The notes below the pieces were generated by a model, which was given only the letters and a program-made list of their open reading frames with translations, was not told the DNA's origin and did no database searches. A stretch of DNA of 64,000 nucleotides from Camelus dromedarius (lineage: Eukaryota): NCBI RefSeq assembly GCF_036321535.1, contig NC_087436.1, positions 114,516,001 through 114,580,000 on the forward strand, in the 5' to 3' direction. Positions 1 to 13,135 of this stretch are shown here, piece by piece (the stretch's first letter is position 1; the number at the start of each line of letters is the position of its first letter). The position numbers and the translations under genes are program-made.

Positions 1-219
1 ATTTACAGAACTGCGTTATCTTGGGTCCCCCCGTCGCCATCTAACTCAACTAAATATCGTGTTCCATAAAAGTGCTAAAATAGGCAGATAACATCTGTAG
101 AAGTAAGAAGCAAGTTTTCTCGGACAGTTTGTCTAGGTGGGTGAGCCTCCCTGTTGCTGGAGGATGGATGCTTCGAGGACTAGGCTTGGGAGGAAAGGGG
201 TTAAGTCAGACCCTGACTT

Positions 220-1720
220 TCTCCGCGCAACGTGCCCAGTTTTGTCTGTTCTAGGCAACGTCGCCCAGCGGGAGCCAACCAATGGGCGGCCGGGAGCGCC
301 CGGGACAGCCCAGTGGAGGGGCGTGGCCTGAGGCTGTCACTCAGAAGTGAGGAATGACACCCGGACGGGAGGGGGGTACGGTGGAACGCTGGGGAAGGAA
401 AGAGAGAAGAAACAGATAAAACCAGGGCAGGGGGTAAAAAGGTGCCCCCGCGTCTGTCGGAATCCAGAGGCCGCGGTCGTTGTTGCCGCCGCCGCCGCCG
501 CTGCCGGGGGTGGGCTCCGGAAGAGTCGGCCCAACAGAAAAAGGAGAGGACGAGCCTGGAGAGAAATCCTGCAGAAGGGGAAGAGACAGAGGCGCAAAGA
601 AAAGTGACTCGGGCCGTGCGCCCCGGAGGCGCTCAGGAGGGGACTGCAGCCGCGGAGGGGCTTCGCTGATCCTCCCCCCACATCCTCCGAGGGGCAGACC
701 CCGGCCCGCCCCTAAGGGCGCGAGGCGATGAGATAATCCAGCTGAGCTGCGAAAGGAGAGCGTCTGGCTCTGGATTGGGGGGAGGGGGTCTCCGGGTGCG
801 GTGGGCCTCGGAAGTGGGGGTGAGGGTCGGCGCTGATCCGGGGCCAGAGGGGGGCGGAGGCTGCTGGGCAGCGCAGGAGTGGGCTGCAGGGGCCTCGCGC
901 GCGGGGCTCACTCGCGCTGCGGCGGCCCGCGCGCTTCATCCAGCTCAGAGCTGCCCTGCGCCCCAGCCGCCCGCCCGGCCGCTCCGGCCCGCGGCGCAGA
1001 TGGCTGTGCGCGGCGCCAACACCTTGACGCCCTTCTCCATCCAGGCGATCCTTAACAAGAAAGAGGAGCGCGGAGGGTTGCCCGCGCCGGAGGGGCGCCC
1101 GGTACTCGGGGGCACGGCAGTGGCAGTGGCTTCGGGGCCCGCTGTCTGTTGCTGGCGGCTCTTTGGGGAGACAGACGCGGGCGCGCTGGGGGGCGCCGAG
1201 GACTCTCTGCTGGCGTCGCCTGCCGGGACCAGAACGGCTGTGGGGCGGACCGCGGAGAGCCCGGGCGGCTGGGACTCGGACTCTGCGATGAGCGAGGAGA
1301 ACGAGGGTGGGCGGCGCTGCGCGGACGCGCCGGGGGCCAGCGGGGCCTGCCGTGCTGGGGGGACCCTCGGCCTCGGCCAGCCGGTCTGCGAGCTGCCCGC
1401 CGCCAAGGACCTGGAGGAGGAAGCCGCGGGCCGGAGCGACAGTGAGATGTCGGCCAGCGTCTCAGGTCTGCTAAGGCTTCACGGGGAAGGGGGCCCAGCT
1501 GAGGGGTTGGGCAAGGAAGGCAACCACGCCGAGGGGGGTGGGGCCACCCTGGGGCCCCCCGGGCTGGTCAAGACCCTAAGTTCTGCGCGCTGGCACGGAC
1601 TGTTCTAACCCTCCAACAACTGATCCCGAAAGAGAACCGAGAAACTCCTCGGAACCCTGCGTCCTGCGGTGAAGCCTCAGACGTCCAGGGGCAGTGTGCT
1701 TTAGACTAGGCTGGGAGAGA
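220..1720. promoter_or_regulatory. CpG island over NKX3-2 promoter and exon 1
   Basis: Very GC- and CpG-dense by eye. CCAAT at 279-283, GC box GGGGCGTGGC at 318-327, (GCC)5 run at 485-499, G-tracts at 776-860. Confidence 0.88.
1000..1465 (+). CDS. NKX3-2: NK3 homeobox 2 (BAPX1), coding exon 1
   Basis: ATG at 1000 (cagATGg) gives MAVRGANTLTPFSIQAILNKKEERGG...SDSEMSASVS, with the eh1/TN motif FSIQAIL. The exon is 466 nt and ends at the phase-1 donor CAG|GTCTGC (intron 1466-2933). Confidence 0.97.
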
Positions 1721-2599
1721 ACCACTGCTCCCTGGCTTTGAGCCCATCGCCAGTGCCTTCGGCTGAGTCTGTCTCCAAATCCCGAAAGTCAGTGAAAGGG
1801 AAGAGCGAAGGGCCCAGAGACCTCGGGTAGCCAGTGCCCTGGCCCTGGCCCAGAGATCAGAAACGCACCTAGCTCGAGGTCCCAGAGCCCGGCCCAACGT
1901 TCAAAGATATGTAGCGAAGGATACCTTCAAGTGGGCCCGAGGCCAACCAAGCCCGAGCTTTGGAAGGAGGGCTTATTTCGCTTTCCCAGACCCCAGGGCA
2001 GGGAGAGCTGCTCTGGGCTGAGGACTCAGGAGCTGGAGGCAAACCCCGAGGCCAACTGAAGGCAGATGGGCTTGATTAGGTCATCCCAGACTCTTGGGGA
2101 AGAGGGACCTCCTCAGCCACGAGCTGGCTTGTCACTAGGTCAGAAAGATCCCTGTCGGTTGGACAATGCTGTAGGCCTCACGCTGGCTACAAGCAAATAG
2201 TATCTGCCCAAGGCAGTGCTGGACCTCTCTGCTAGGGTGCTACGGGAGAGCGGGGAAGCAGGGGAGCTGGCGTCAGGTTAGGGTCCAAGGACTTAAAGCA
2301 GGGACAGCCCCTTTACCCTCAGTCCTCAGCTCTCCTTTCATTGCCTTTTGAAGACAGAGGGAGAAGCCTACCCATGGCCTTGGCGCATTCTATTGCCACA
2401 GCCTTCCCACAGTTCCGGGTGGATGGGACGTAAGACTCCGCATACTTCAGTCTCCAGGATCCGTCTCCCCACTTTCCCTTTGCGTGCAGCCAACACGTGT
2501 GTGCTGCGACGATGCGTGTGTGAGCGTGAGTGTGGGGAGGCGGGTGAGCCCGAGGTGGGAGTCTGAAACGCCATCTATAACCCCAGGGCTCAACGCTTA

Positions 2600-3570
<971 letters not shown>

Positions 3571-5900
3571 GTGGAAGATGAAATCCAGCCCTGTCTCCAG
3601 GACGTTTGCCCTGGCTGTGGGACTGGGTCTACCCAGAGGGGGGCACCTTTTTCTGGTTTGAACAGAGGCATCCGGTGACCTAGAGGCCCTGTTTCCCTCT
3701 CACCTGCCTGGAAGCCCTTGGACATTATTTATTACCACCACAATGTTGAATTTGGATTGTGTCTGCCTGGGGATGGCTTTTCCCCAGAGCGGAGAGAACT
3801 CCTGGAGACCACATAGCCTGAATCCCAGAATTTCAGGCCTGCTGGGAGCTTCGTGCGCTAGGCCACACTAGTTCATGGTATCCATGCTACCAATCTATGT
3901 GTATCTACATATCTATTATTTTTGGAAATTGCATTTGTTACAAAGGGGTGCAGAACCCTGGCAGCCCCAGGGAGCCCCAGGCTAGGGGTTCATTGAAACG
4001 TGAAGGGTTTGGTTTACGGGCCCTCCGCCCCACCCCTCCCTGGTGTCACAGCTCGGGTGGGGGCGCCCGATTGGGTGCTGAATGTATAGAACGGAGCCTC
4101 TGAGCACAGGGCAGGGCAACTGCCCCGCATTTTCCCTCTCGGAGGTCCAGGGCTGCGACCAACACGGGGAGCTCCTGGGAGCCCCTGAACCAGAAGAAAG
4201 CAAACCCAGGAGCCCTTCTCAGACTTTCCTTTCTTTCTTTTATTTTTTTAAAGGCGGTTAAAACTTGTAGCACTTTTCAGTTGTTTGTATTCAAATGACG
4301 GTTATTTTTGTATTCAATGTGAATATCCTTGACCAGCCTTTCCTTGGCGTCCTCCGCAATTTGGCCGCTGGACGCTCTGTCTCTACTGTCCACCCTCCGC
4401 AACTCTTGCGTCCTGACCCAGGATTCTCCTATCCCTGTCCCTGCCCCTAAGACAGGTGATCTTGTCAACCTCATGTCAACCTCGCCGCTTTTCGCCTACT
4501 TAAGGGCACTGTGCACTCAACTAGAGTATTAACTTTTAAAAGATTTGTGAAATTTGGAAGCTCTATTCGTTGTATTTTTTTCCCTTTAATTTATAAACTT
4601 TTAGATTAACATGTCCTTCTGGACGCCGTGTTTTCTCTGAGCCTTTCCCCCTCCGGCTTTGGGGGAACCGGTAACGTGGAAATACCTGGGGCTCATTTTG
4701 CCAACCTCTTTTCAGTCCTGGACCAGATGCCTAGCCCCTTCCGGAAGCCGCCCTTGATGCTCAATCCCAGGAAGAGTTTAAACCCACGCAGCTCAGGGAA
4801 TCGCTATTTCCAGGACTTTGCAGGAGTCACGGAGGAATCCCTCTGAATCCAGAGCAAATACCTAGGATTCACTTTTTTCTCGTGGCATTGGTTTCAGAGT
4901 CTAGAAAGGGTTCATAGCAACTCGCTGCCAATTTCCATCTCCCACCCTAACCTGTTCACTCCTCCACCTGCCCGCATCCTCTTTGCTTTCGATTTTCTGA
5001 GCATTTTCTCTAAGCCGTCTTGTCATTATTTCGAGAATAGGCTAGCAAAAACTCTTGCTGGAATCCCGAAGCGATTAGAGGAGAACGTGGAGCTAATGTG
5101 TCTCCCGGGAAGGGTCACCTGCGCTTTGACCCCTGCTGGGTGCAAATGACGCTCTACCCTGTTCCAAAGCACTTCCATTCACTCCCTCAGTGACACGCCG
5201 TCATTTGATCCACACAGAAGCTCACTGTGGGAGCAAAGAATGGGCAGGGCGATGATTATTTATTACTCCATTTTAGAGATGAACGCGCCCCGCTGGCGTT
5301 CCCCAGAATGATTCCCCAGATATCGAGGATTCACCTGAGCGAAGCACTCACTGCTACACACCTCTCACGTCGGGCCTGGGGCTAGTCAGCAAGAGTTAAG
5401 GACATATTGCAGGCGCTAAGGCCTCCAGTCCCGGCGAATCGGGAAAACACTGAAACCCAGGCCGGGGCTACTTTCAATTTCTCCCGAGCCCATAAGCCAC
5501 CACGCCTGCCTCCCTGTCCCACTGCCCGCCCGCGAGCTTTCCCAACATCAGGCCCCCCGGCCTTGGCACCCCAAAGGCCTTGACCGGGCTTCTGCAACCC
5601 CCCTAGCCCGGATGGGGTCAGAGAACCGAGACAAATGCTTTACAAAACGATTCTTGCTTTTGGAAACAGTGAGACGACAAGGGAAAAACAAATGCTCTCA
5701 AGATAGGCACACTCTCGCCCCCAAGTCCAACTACCTTCCAAAGGATTGCTGCAATCATTTTGTTTCTTTTTGACATATTTAAAAATTTCATTTCAATTTC
5801 ATTATTAATTATGAGTGCATTTTCTCTTATAGAAAGTTAGGACGTTGCCAATAAAGCAAGAATCTCCTCTCTTTCTCTAGAGACCAGAACTACTGAAGGG

Positions 5901-5940
5901 TTTTTCTTTTTCTTTCTTTCTTTTTTTTTTTTTTTTTTTT
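5901..5940. repeat. T-rich/poly(T) tract
   Basis: TTTC-type repeats followed by T20. Confidence 0.9.
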
Positions 5941-6808
5941 GAGGGGGAGGAGGTCAGTTTTTTTCCCTTTCTAAAAATGTCAGTTGTTTGTGGCTACATC
6001 TTAAGAATGTAGTTTGTTCTCCATCCTTGTGGATTTGGAGTCGAGAGGACTGGGGAGTCTTCCGTAGGCCGGGCAGCTCCCCTTCCCTTCCTCGCCCCCT
6101 CTCAGGCTCCCTGCCTGGGCCAGTTCCGCTGGGCTGGCTTGAGTCGCCCAGGAAAAATGACTCAAATGAGTTCAGTTTGCCTTGGACTCTTGCAGTTTTA
6201 CTCTGAGCTGCCCTGCAGCTGGTGTTGCTGAGAGGGACTAAAGATCTGACTCCAGGAGCTGGAGGCAGCCTCCGGATCCAGTCCGCCCTAGGAGGATTTC
6301 CCATCACGTTTCGAGACCCAAGGTGGATGTCTTTACCTGGGCCTCAGGCCGCAGACACAGCTCCTGTTGGAAATTCTCGGTATGACTTTCTTCATCTCCT
6401 TTTCCTTCTCTACTCCCCTCCCACCTTTCTTTAAAGATGAGAAAGTCAGTTCTGCATCCTCCCGCCCTGCTTCCAGTCCAAGGGGATCTTCCTTCATCCA
6501 CTCCTTGTGCCCCTGGGCTGCGCTGAGCCCTCTCAGCCTTCTCAGGGCCTGGTCGCCAGGAGCAACTGTCACCTGAGTTCAGTAGACTTTTGGCTTCATC
6601 TTTCTCAGCCCCTTTCTGCCCTTAGTGAATCTCAGAGCTGGCCTTAAAGATTATTGAGTCTAATTCACACACTTAGATGGGAAGAATGATGGCAAGGAGG
6701 GTAGAATACGCTGTGACCTGTGCTGAAACTGGTCCTGGTGAATCAGGCTTAGCCTATAAATCTTGCTCTGGGCAGCAAATTTGGGATGATCGGTTATCAA
6801 ATGTTGCT

Positions 6809-6809
<1 letters not shown>

Positions 6810-6863
<54 letters not shown>
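6810..6863. repeat. (TG)26 microsatellite
   Basis: Perfect dinucleotide run. Confidence 0.98.
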
Positions 6864-6865
<2 letters not shown>

Positions 6866-7829
6866 CACAAACTCCAGGGCCTGTTGACCATAGAGATCAC
6901 AAGCTGTGTCTCACTCAAAGCGACTTGATTTGAGGAGTTCATGGACCCTGGGAGAATATCTCAGAAAGAGCTGGGCCAAGCAGGGGGAGTTTGAGGTTAG
7001 ATTCCATTTCAGAAAACAGATGGCTTCCGGGCCCCAGCAAATCCTCACTCCTCCACTCTAGCAAAGGAAAGAGGTGACAGTGAATCTGACTTCAACCAAG
7101 AAGGTCGGAGGAGAGCTCGAACAGGACATCCATGTGCCGCTGAGAGGCGGCTTAGTGGTAGCCTAACCAGAGAAGCTGGGCCTGAGGAGAGGTGGCGTCT
7201 GAGGGAGCGGGAAACGGGCAGAGCCACACCAAGAGTCCCTTGGAGACAGGACCTCATCCAAAGCCTGCAGATGTCTGCAGGATCGGGACCCTAACTGGCC
7301 GCCAGAGCTCAGTCTGGCCAGGTGGAGACTCCATCCACATTTCATCACCCAGAAAAAGGTAGAATCTGGCCTCCCTCAAGTCCACGGAGTTCACCTGGCT
7401 CTTCAGAAAGCCTCCTGCATTAGGGAAAGCCGCCACCTCCGGAGCCTGAGCATCAGAGCGAATCACACATTTCCCCGAACCAGAAAACTAGCTGAGCAGC
7501 TCCTGGGCAGAAAAGAGAAGAGGGGAGGGAGAGACACACCTGAGCTGGGGCCCAGGCCCCAGGCAAGAGGCCGCAGGGCTTCAGTCTTGCAAGCCTCCAG
7601 CCTCACCCTCCTGAGTCTCCACTGGGAACCACACGGAGCTGCATGATGTCTACCAGACACAGCAAATATTCGAAAGCGCTGAGGTAGGCAAGGCAGATGT
7701 ACCAGTCAGTGTTGTGTGGCTGCTGCAGAAGTCATGGCCACTGGTGAAAAATCACACTCAGAGCCATGAAGGAAGCACAGGCAGAAGCCTGAGGGAGCAG
7801 TTAAACAATACATACCACCACCACCACCA

Positions 7830-8055
7830 ATGATAATAATAACTATAACTGCATTTGTTTGTCAGGGGCATTCATTACATGTGGAAAAGTGCTTCTGCGT
7901 CCTGTCCCACAGCCGTCCCCTGAGGCTGCCCTGGCTTTGTGGACACAAACTCCATTTTGCAGATGGAGAAACTGAGGCTCAAAAAGGCAATGTGACTTGC
8001 CCAAAGTCACAGGCCATTCAGAGGCCAAGTCAGGGTCATTCAAAGCTTAGGAGCA
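7830..8055 (-). mobile_element. MIR SINE
   Basis: Reverse MIR core: ccattttgcagatggagaaactgaggctc...tgacttgcccaaagtcacag. Confidence 0.85.
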
Positions 8056-8569
8056 TATTTTAGGATGTGAGGCAGCAGCTTAGAGCATATTTTAGTCTTT
8101 CAGAGCTAGCATCCCCTAGGTTTGGCTTTGGGGTGGCTAGATCACAGAGGGGTGGATGTGCTTTGAAAACCATTAAGCAGTGTGCAGCTGGTGTGGACTT
8201 ACTATTATTGTTGCCATAATGATTATTATGAACTTCTGGGTAATGCTGAGTTGGCTGGTCTGAAACAATCTTCCTTGGACTCCTACACTCTTCAAAGTTT
8301 TCCAAGTGCTCTGTGGTGTGCCCAGAGAAGGGGCCCTCCAAGGGGTAGAGACCCTGGGCCACCTCCAGTTTTCGAATCTCCTGATAAATATGTTTTTACA
8401 ATGAAGAAATGCCAAAACAGAGTTGCAAAACGTGTGTTATATTGTAAACGGTTACATCATGTAATAAATTAATTTTTTTCTGTAGTCACACATAGAAGTT
8501 ATTCAACATAAATTGGGCTGTTCAAATCATTAAAGCATTTTAAAAGAAGATTGAGTCCCAGGGTGGTCC

Positions 8570-9530
8570 GGTGTGGGGTCCCGGTTAAGCTGAACGATGA
8601 ACTTCTTTTAAATCTGTTGCGTGTATCTGAGGCTGTGCCTCCTATGAAGGAAACGTGAGAAAGTCCAAATTGAGGGCAATTCACGACTGTAAGAACTGGG
8701 CGAACGGCCCTGCAGCCCCGCACCCCTCCCGAAGCGCTGCGGTTCCTGTTGCAGTTTTTTGCAGTAAGTCTGGCCAGGAAAGGCAGGAGCGTGCCTTCCG
8801 ACGGACCGGAGCTGACCCGGAACCCGGGGCACAGGCAACAGCACCTCTCTGTTCCTGTTGGAATGTCAAGTTGAAAGGTAGCTGTGGGAGAGGGGGCGTC
8901 ACTCCGGAGCCTCAGAAGAGGTAAGCTCGCTCCTGCTCCTGGGCTCAAACGTTTCCTCCGTGCTTGCCTGAGTGTGCGGGACACACTCCCCGGCGCAAGG
9001 CCCGCGCTCTCCTCCACTCTCCCTCCTACAAGCGCCCGGGCTTCCTCCCTCGGTGCCCCCGCCCACAGTCCCGGGTGCGGCCCCGCAGTCCCGCGGTTAG
9101 CGCTCCCCGGAGCCAAGAGCGCGTGGTCTCTGCACAGGCCTCACGGCCTGCAGCGAGCGCCTGCATCCCTCTCTGCTGTTTCTGCAATTGCAGCTTTAGC
9201 TTCTGGCGCGAGGATCCAGCGCCGGGGTTGCGCAGGCCTCGGGGCTTCTTGGTGAGTCCTTTCCTTCCCCGCCAGGCAGCCTCCCATCGCCACATTCAGG
9301 CCTCCGGGCTGAGCAGCCCTCTCTGTGACTTGGACATGCGCCCCCGCACTTTGGGAAACCCGGCCCTGGAAATTCGGGATGCACAAGGTGAGAGCTTTTC
9401 TCTCCAGCCTGCACACTCGAGGGTGGGAAGTGGTCGAATCGGGCTCAGTGGCCCCATAGGTCCACAAAGTGATTCTGTTCCAGGTCTGGAGTCCATAGGC
9501 GGGAAGTAGCCCCTCCGCTCACCTGATGAA
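8570..9530. promoter_or_regulatory. Orphan CpG island downstream of NKX3-2
   Basis: High GC and CpG content; no recognisable protein in the overlapping ORFs. Confidence 0.75.
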
Positions 9531-12500
9531 TCTTAGGCAATTGATTCTCTTCTCAGAATCTCTATTTTAAAAAATAAAAAGAAGGAACAAAACGAAAGTT
9601 GTGAGATGCTCCTTAAGACTTCTAGGTAGTGTTTGGGGTCTACACTCACCCCTGGCTTGGAGTGGAAGCAAGGACAGAACTTTTCTACTTTTTACTTTAA
9701 ATAATGCCATGCCCTTTGTGAGCAGTTTTTTTTGGGGGGGGTATTTTTTAAAAGAATTTGGGTCCCCCAAAGTGCCATCTACAGGCCTCCCCAAAGTCAT
9801 TATCTCTGGGCCTCCTTTATCTGCTTCCCCGGCCTGGGTGGTCAGCAGTTTTGGGAAGTCCAGCTTTTTCTCTGCAAGGACTTTTCCCCACCCACCAAGC
9901 TTGGGAGGGAGGAGACCTGAGGCTATTCTGCTTCTGTGGCCTTGCTGAGCTCCAGAGAGTCCCCTGTCCTTCAACGGAAAAGGTAACACCTTAAGAAAAA
10001 AAAAATTAATACCACAAGTGTTTTCTCTCCCTTAGTCCACCAGAAAGCAACGGTGGGCAGCCCGCTGTAAAACAAGAGCCAGTAAAGCCGCTTATTTTAA
10101 TAAGCTTATTAACATTTTGAATGGCTTCCCTTGTGCACTCCGAGGCCTCCCTTGGTGGTGTGACCAAGCTGCGCAGCCGGGGATCTTTATGCACCGACAA
10201 GCACACCAGCTCGATGGTGCTGCCGCTCTTGGCACAGGGGGCCGGACAGGCGGGGGTAGCTGGGCAGCCCCACAGTGCCAACTCTGGACCCGGGTGTCCC
10301 TGGCTGGTCCACGCCTTGCTGTGCACCATTAGCAAGACTGCAGCCATGGGAGGATATAGGGCTACATGGGGTCAGAAGTCACAAAGGAGCTTGAGTGACC
10401 CTACATATGACCCCGAATTGTCCCCACAGATTCCAAGGACCCTCAGGTCTGAGGGTTTGTCTTGCTTTAGCACATTTTTGCTGTGTTTTTGCAAAGGGTG
10501 CTGGTGGAATTGACATTCCCCCCCTGCTCAGGTGTTGTGGCACCCCTGCTAGCGTGGGCCAGCATCCAAGCTTGGTCCAGCACATCCCGGACCCGGTGTC
10601 ACCAGGGTGACCGACGTCCAGGACTCCCTCCTCTTTAAGAAGGCCCGGGATGCCACCCTTCCTTCTCTTTCTAGGAAAAGTTGAGTGATGAGTCCTTGGC
10701 CCCCAGGATTGTGATAAACAAGGTAGAGACACATAGAGACAAGGTGGTGAGGAAGGGTAGGGAAGAGACACGCCAGGACACAGGGCAGGTGAGCAAAAAA
10801 GTGGGCTCTGGGACGACCTCTCCTGGCCAAAGGCTCAGTATCTTTCTGTATTCAACTTACAGATTGCAGGCCTTTCCCGAGGCAACCCTCCCAGCAAGTT
10901 TTGATTAAAAATCCCTTCTGAGTCAGACCCACCGTCCTGGTCCTTATTACTTGTAGTGGTGATAAGTGATATTTGGCTCAGTGTCACACTCCAGTGTCTT
11001 CTGGCCTGGCCTAGGGACCTCTGAGGAGACAGGCCAGGAGGGCTTGCCCCCACAGTGGCCCTCAGTGCCTAGTGCAAGGGCTGTTGCTTTTTGACATTCA
11101 ATACATACAGATGGGACTCCTAAATAAGAACCAGGAGCCTCAGCTTTGTCCTTGTCTGTCCCTGCCACACCCCACCGGCACCTCGGGCTCTGAGTGCATA
11201 GCCACAGGTGCTCCTGAAGCTAACAGAGGACAGGAGAGCCAATGGAGCTTCCCTGAGCTTTGCAAAGTTTTTTTAGAGGGGTGGAAAATTTTATTAACAT
11301 TCAGTTTAAAAAGCTTTATACACCTGTGGTTCACCCAGAGAAAGGGATTCTTAAAGAAGTGCCTCCTTAGGGTTTGGTCCCTGGGTTAGAAGTTTCAGAG
11401 CTTTGGTATGTTTTTGTTAAGTGCTTTAAGAATTCATGATCTTGATCCAGGGCTGGTAATGTTGTGCCAGTTTCTTCTTCCTCACAGAAGTGTCTTTGCC
11501 AAGAGCAAGAGCCCGGTGTGCCTTGGAATCAAGTTATCATGCCTCAGGCTCAAGATTCTTCCTGGCACCCGGGCACCCACTTAGTTGACAGCAAATTCCA
11601 CAAAGTATCTCAACCTCAAATCTGATTGTATTAAAATGCACATAAAACCTGACTGGCTAAGGGCTAAAAAAAAAACATGCCTTGAATAAACGTTCTGTTT
11701 CTGGTATATACAGGTTGAGGGGAATGGTCCAGTTTCAGAACTGGACAAGCGCTGTGATTGGAGAGGGCAGTTGTTTGGCAGAGCGGTGAATGGGGAGACA
11801 CCCTTGGAGAGGATCAGGTGGTCAATCAAGTGGCTAGGCTGAGCCCTCAGTGGTCCTGGTAGAGAGACTGCACCAGAGTCTAGGAGCCAGCCCGGGCTCA
11901 TGCCAGGAGGGGTGGGCTGTTGGCAGTACCCCTAGCTGGGCTAGCGGCTTTCCAGAGTTAGGACTTTGGACTCTCAGCTCATGGCTTCACACATAGTAAG
12001 CACTCAAAAGTTTTTAGATTCCTATTTTGCACCTTAGTTTCAAGAATGGATTCTCCAAGCCACCTCCGCTGAATCTCAAGGCAGGCAGCTCTGCTTCCAT
12101 GAGAAGCAGTGGGAGAAGGGGGTGAGTCCAGGAGCGCTCCACTAGAAAGGCTGAGCCCAGGCATTCAAGCTCAAGGTCTTTGTGATTCTCCAGGAGGGAA
12201 GGCAGTTTTCCTCCTGAAAAACTCCATACGAACAGTGTGGATTTGAAACCAGGTCCTTCATGAAGATCTAGTTCAAGCTGTGCTGCTGAAAATATGAATT
12301 AGCCCCCCTCCCAACCCCAGCCCCAGCAGAGAGAGGGTAATCCAAGAACCCCGTGTTTCCTGGGCATTAGGCGCCACGTAATGCTCATAGCCTAACTGAT
12401 AATTTTTGTGAAGTTAAACAAGGACATTTACCATTTAAAAAAATTATAGAGATGGTAAGAGGTGGACAAGAACTGTGGAAAGATTGTAAAAACCACTGAA

Positions 12501-13027
12501 TGAGTGAGAGCAGTCCACCCCTACTGGAAACTTTGAAGGCAACAAGTTTCGCATGTTCTATGCCACTGAAGTTGCAGTTTTAAAATAAATCCAATGCATA
12601 GATTTTTCAGATTTAGAAAAGAAATACATTAATCTGCTTTCCAGTGAATTCCTTCTGTCCACAAGAACTTGCAGAAGAATTTCTTGAAAATAATTCTTTC
12701 CTAAGATGTGTATTATTTATTTGATTTAAAATAACTGTTTTCCATGCTATGCTGCTACTCATGTGTGTGGGAGACTGGTGTCCTGCCTTCCGGTTCAGTC
12801 CTGAGGAGAATGCAGCCTCAGAGCACATTTGGGAAGACAGCCATAGGACACACAGGGAGAGAACAGGGGTCCTACACACAGACGTTTGGCCAGGGAGGGA
12901 CCTCAAAAGAGAGCTCGGATGGGAATCATAAATATAGAGATTTGGGGGCTTTTTTTTTTTTTTAAAGAGATAAATCTGTGCTGTGGGATGGTTGTCTGAC
13001 CTCTTTTTCCTTCTTTTCATCCTCGCT

Positions 13028-13135
13028 CATTTATTTTTTTCAAATATTCAGCAGTATTTGCTAAGTGCCTGTTATGTGCAGAGAAGAAAGGCCACGCCCT
13101 GGCAGAGTTTACTGTCCAGTGGGAGACAGGAATGG
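13028..13135 (-). mobile_element. L2 LINE 3' end fragment
   Basis: ttcaaatattcagcagtatttgctaagtgcctgttatgtgc...cagtgggagacag resembles the reverse L2 tail. Confidence 0.6.

Noticed and set aside
775..999. In-frame TTG-started N-terminal extension of NKX3-2 (ORF 775..1608)
   Set aside because: The recognisable protein begins at ATG 1000. The upstream stretch is low-complexity GC-rich promoter sequence where stop codons are rare.
5901..5955. Truncated SINE tail (poly-T followed by gagggggaggagg)
   Set aside because: No tRNA-derived head or TSD visible; treated as a simple repeat.
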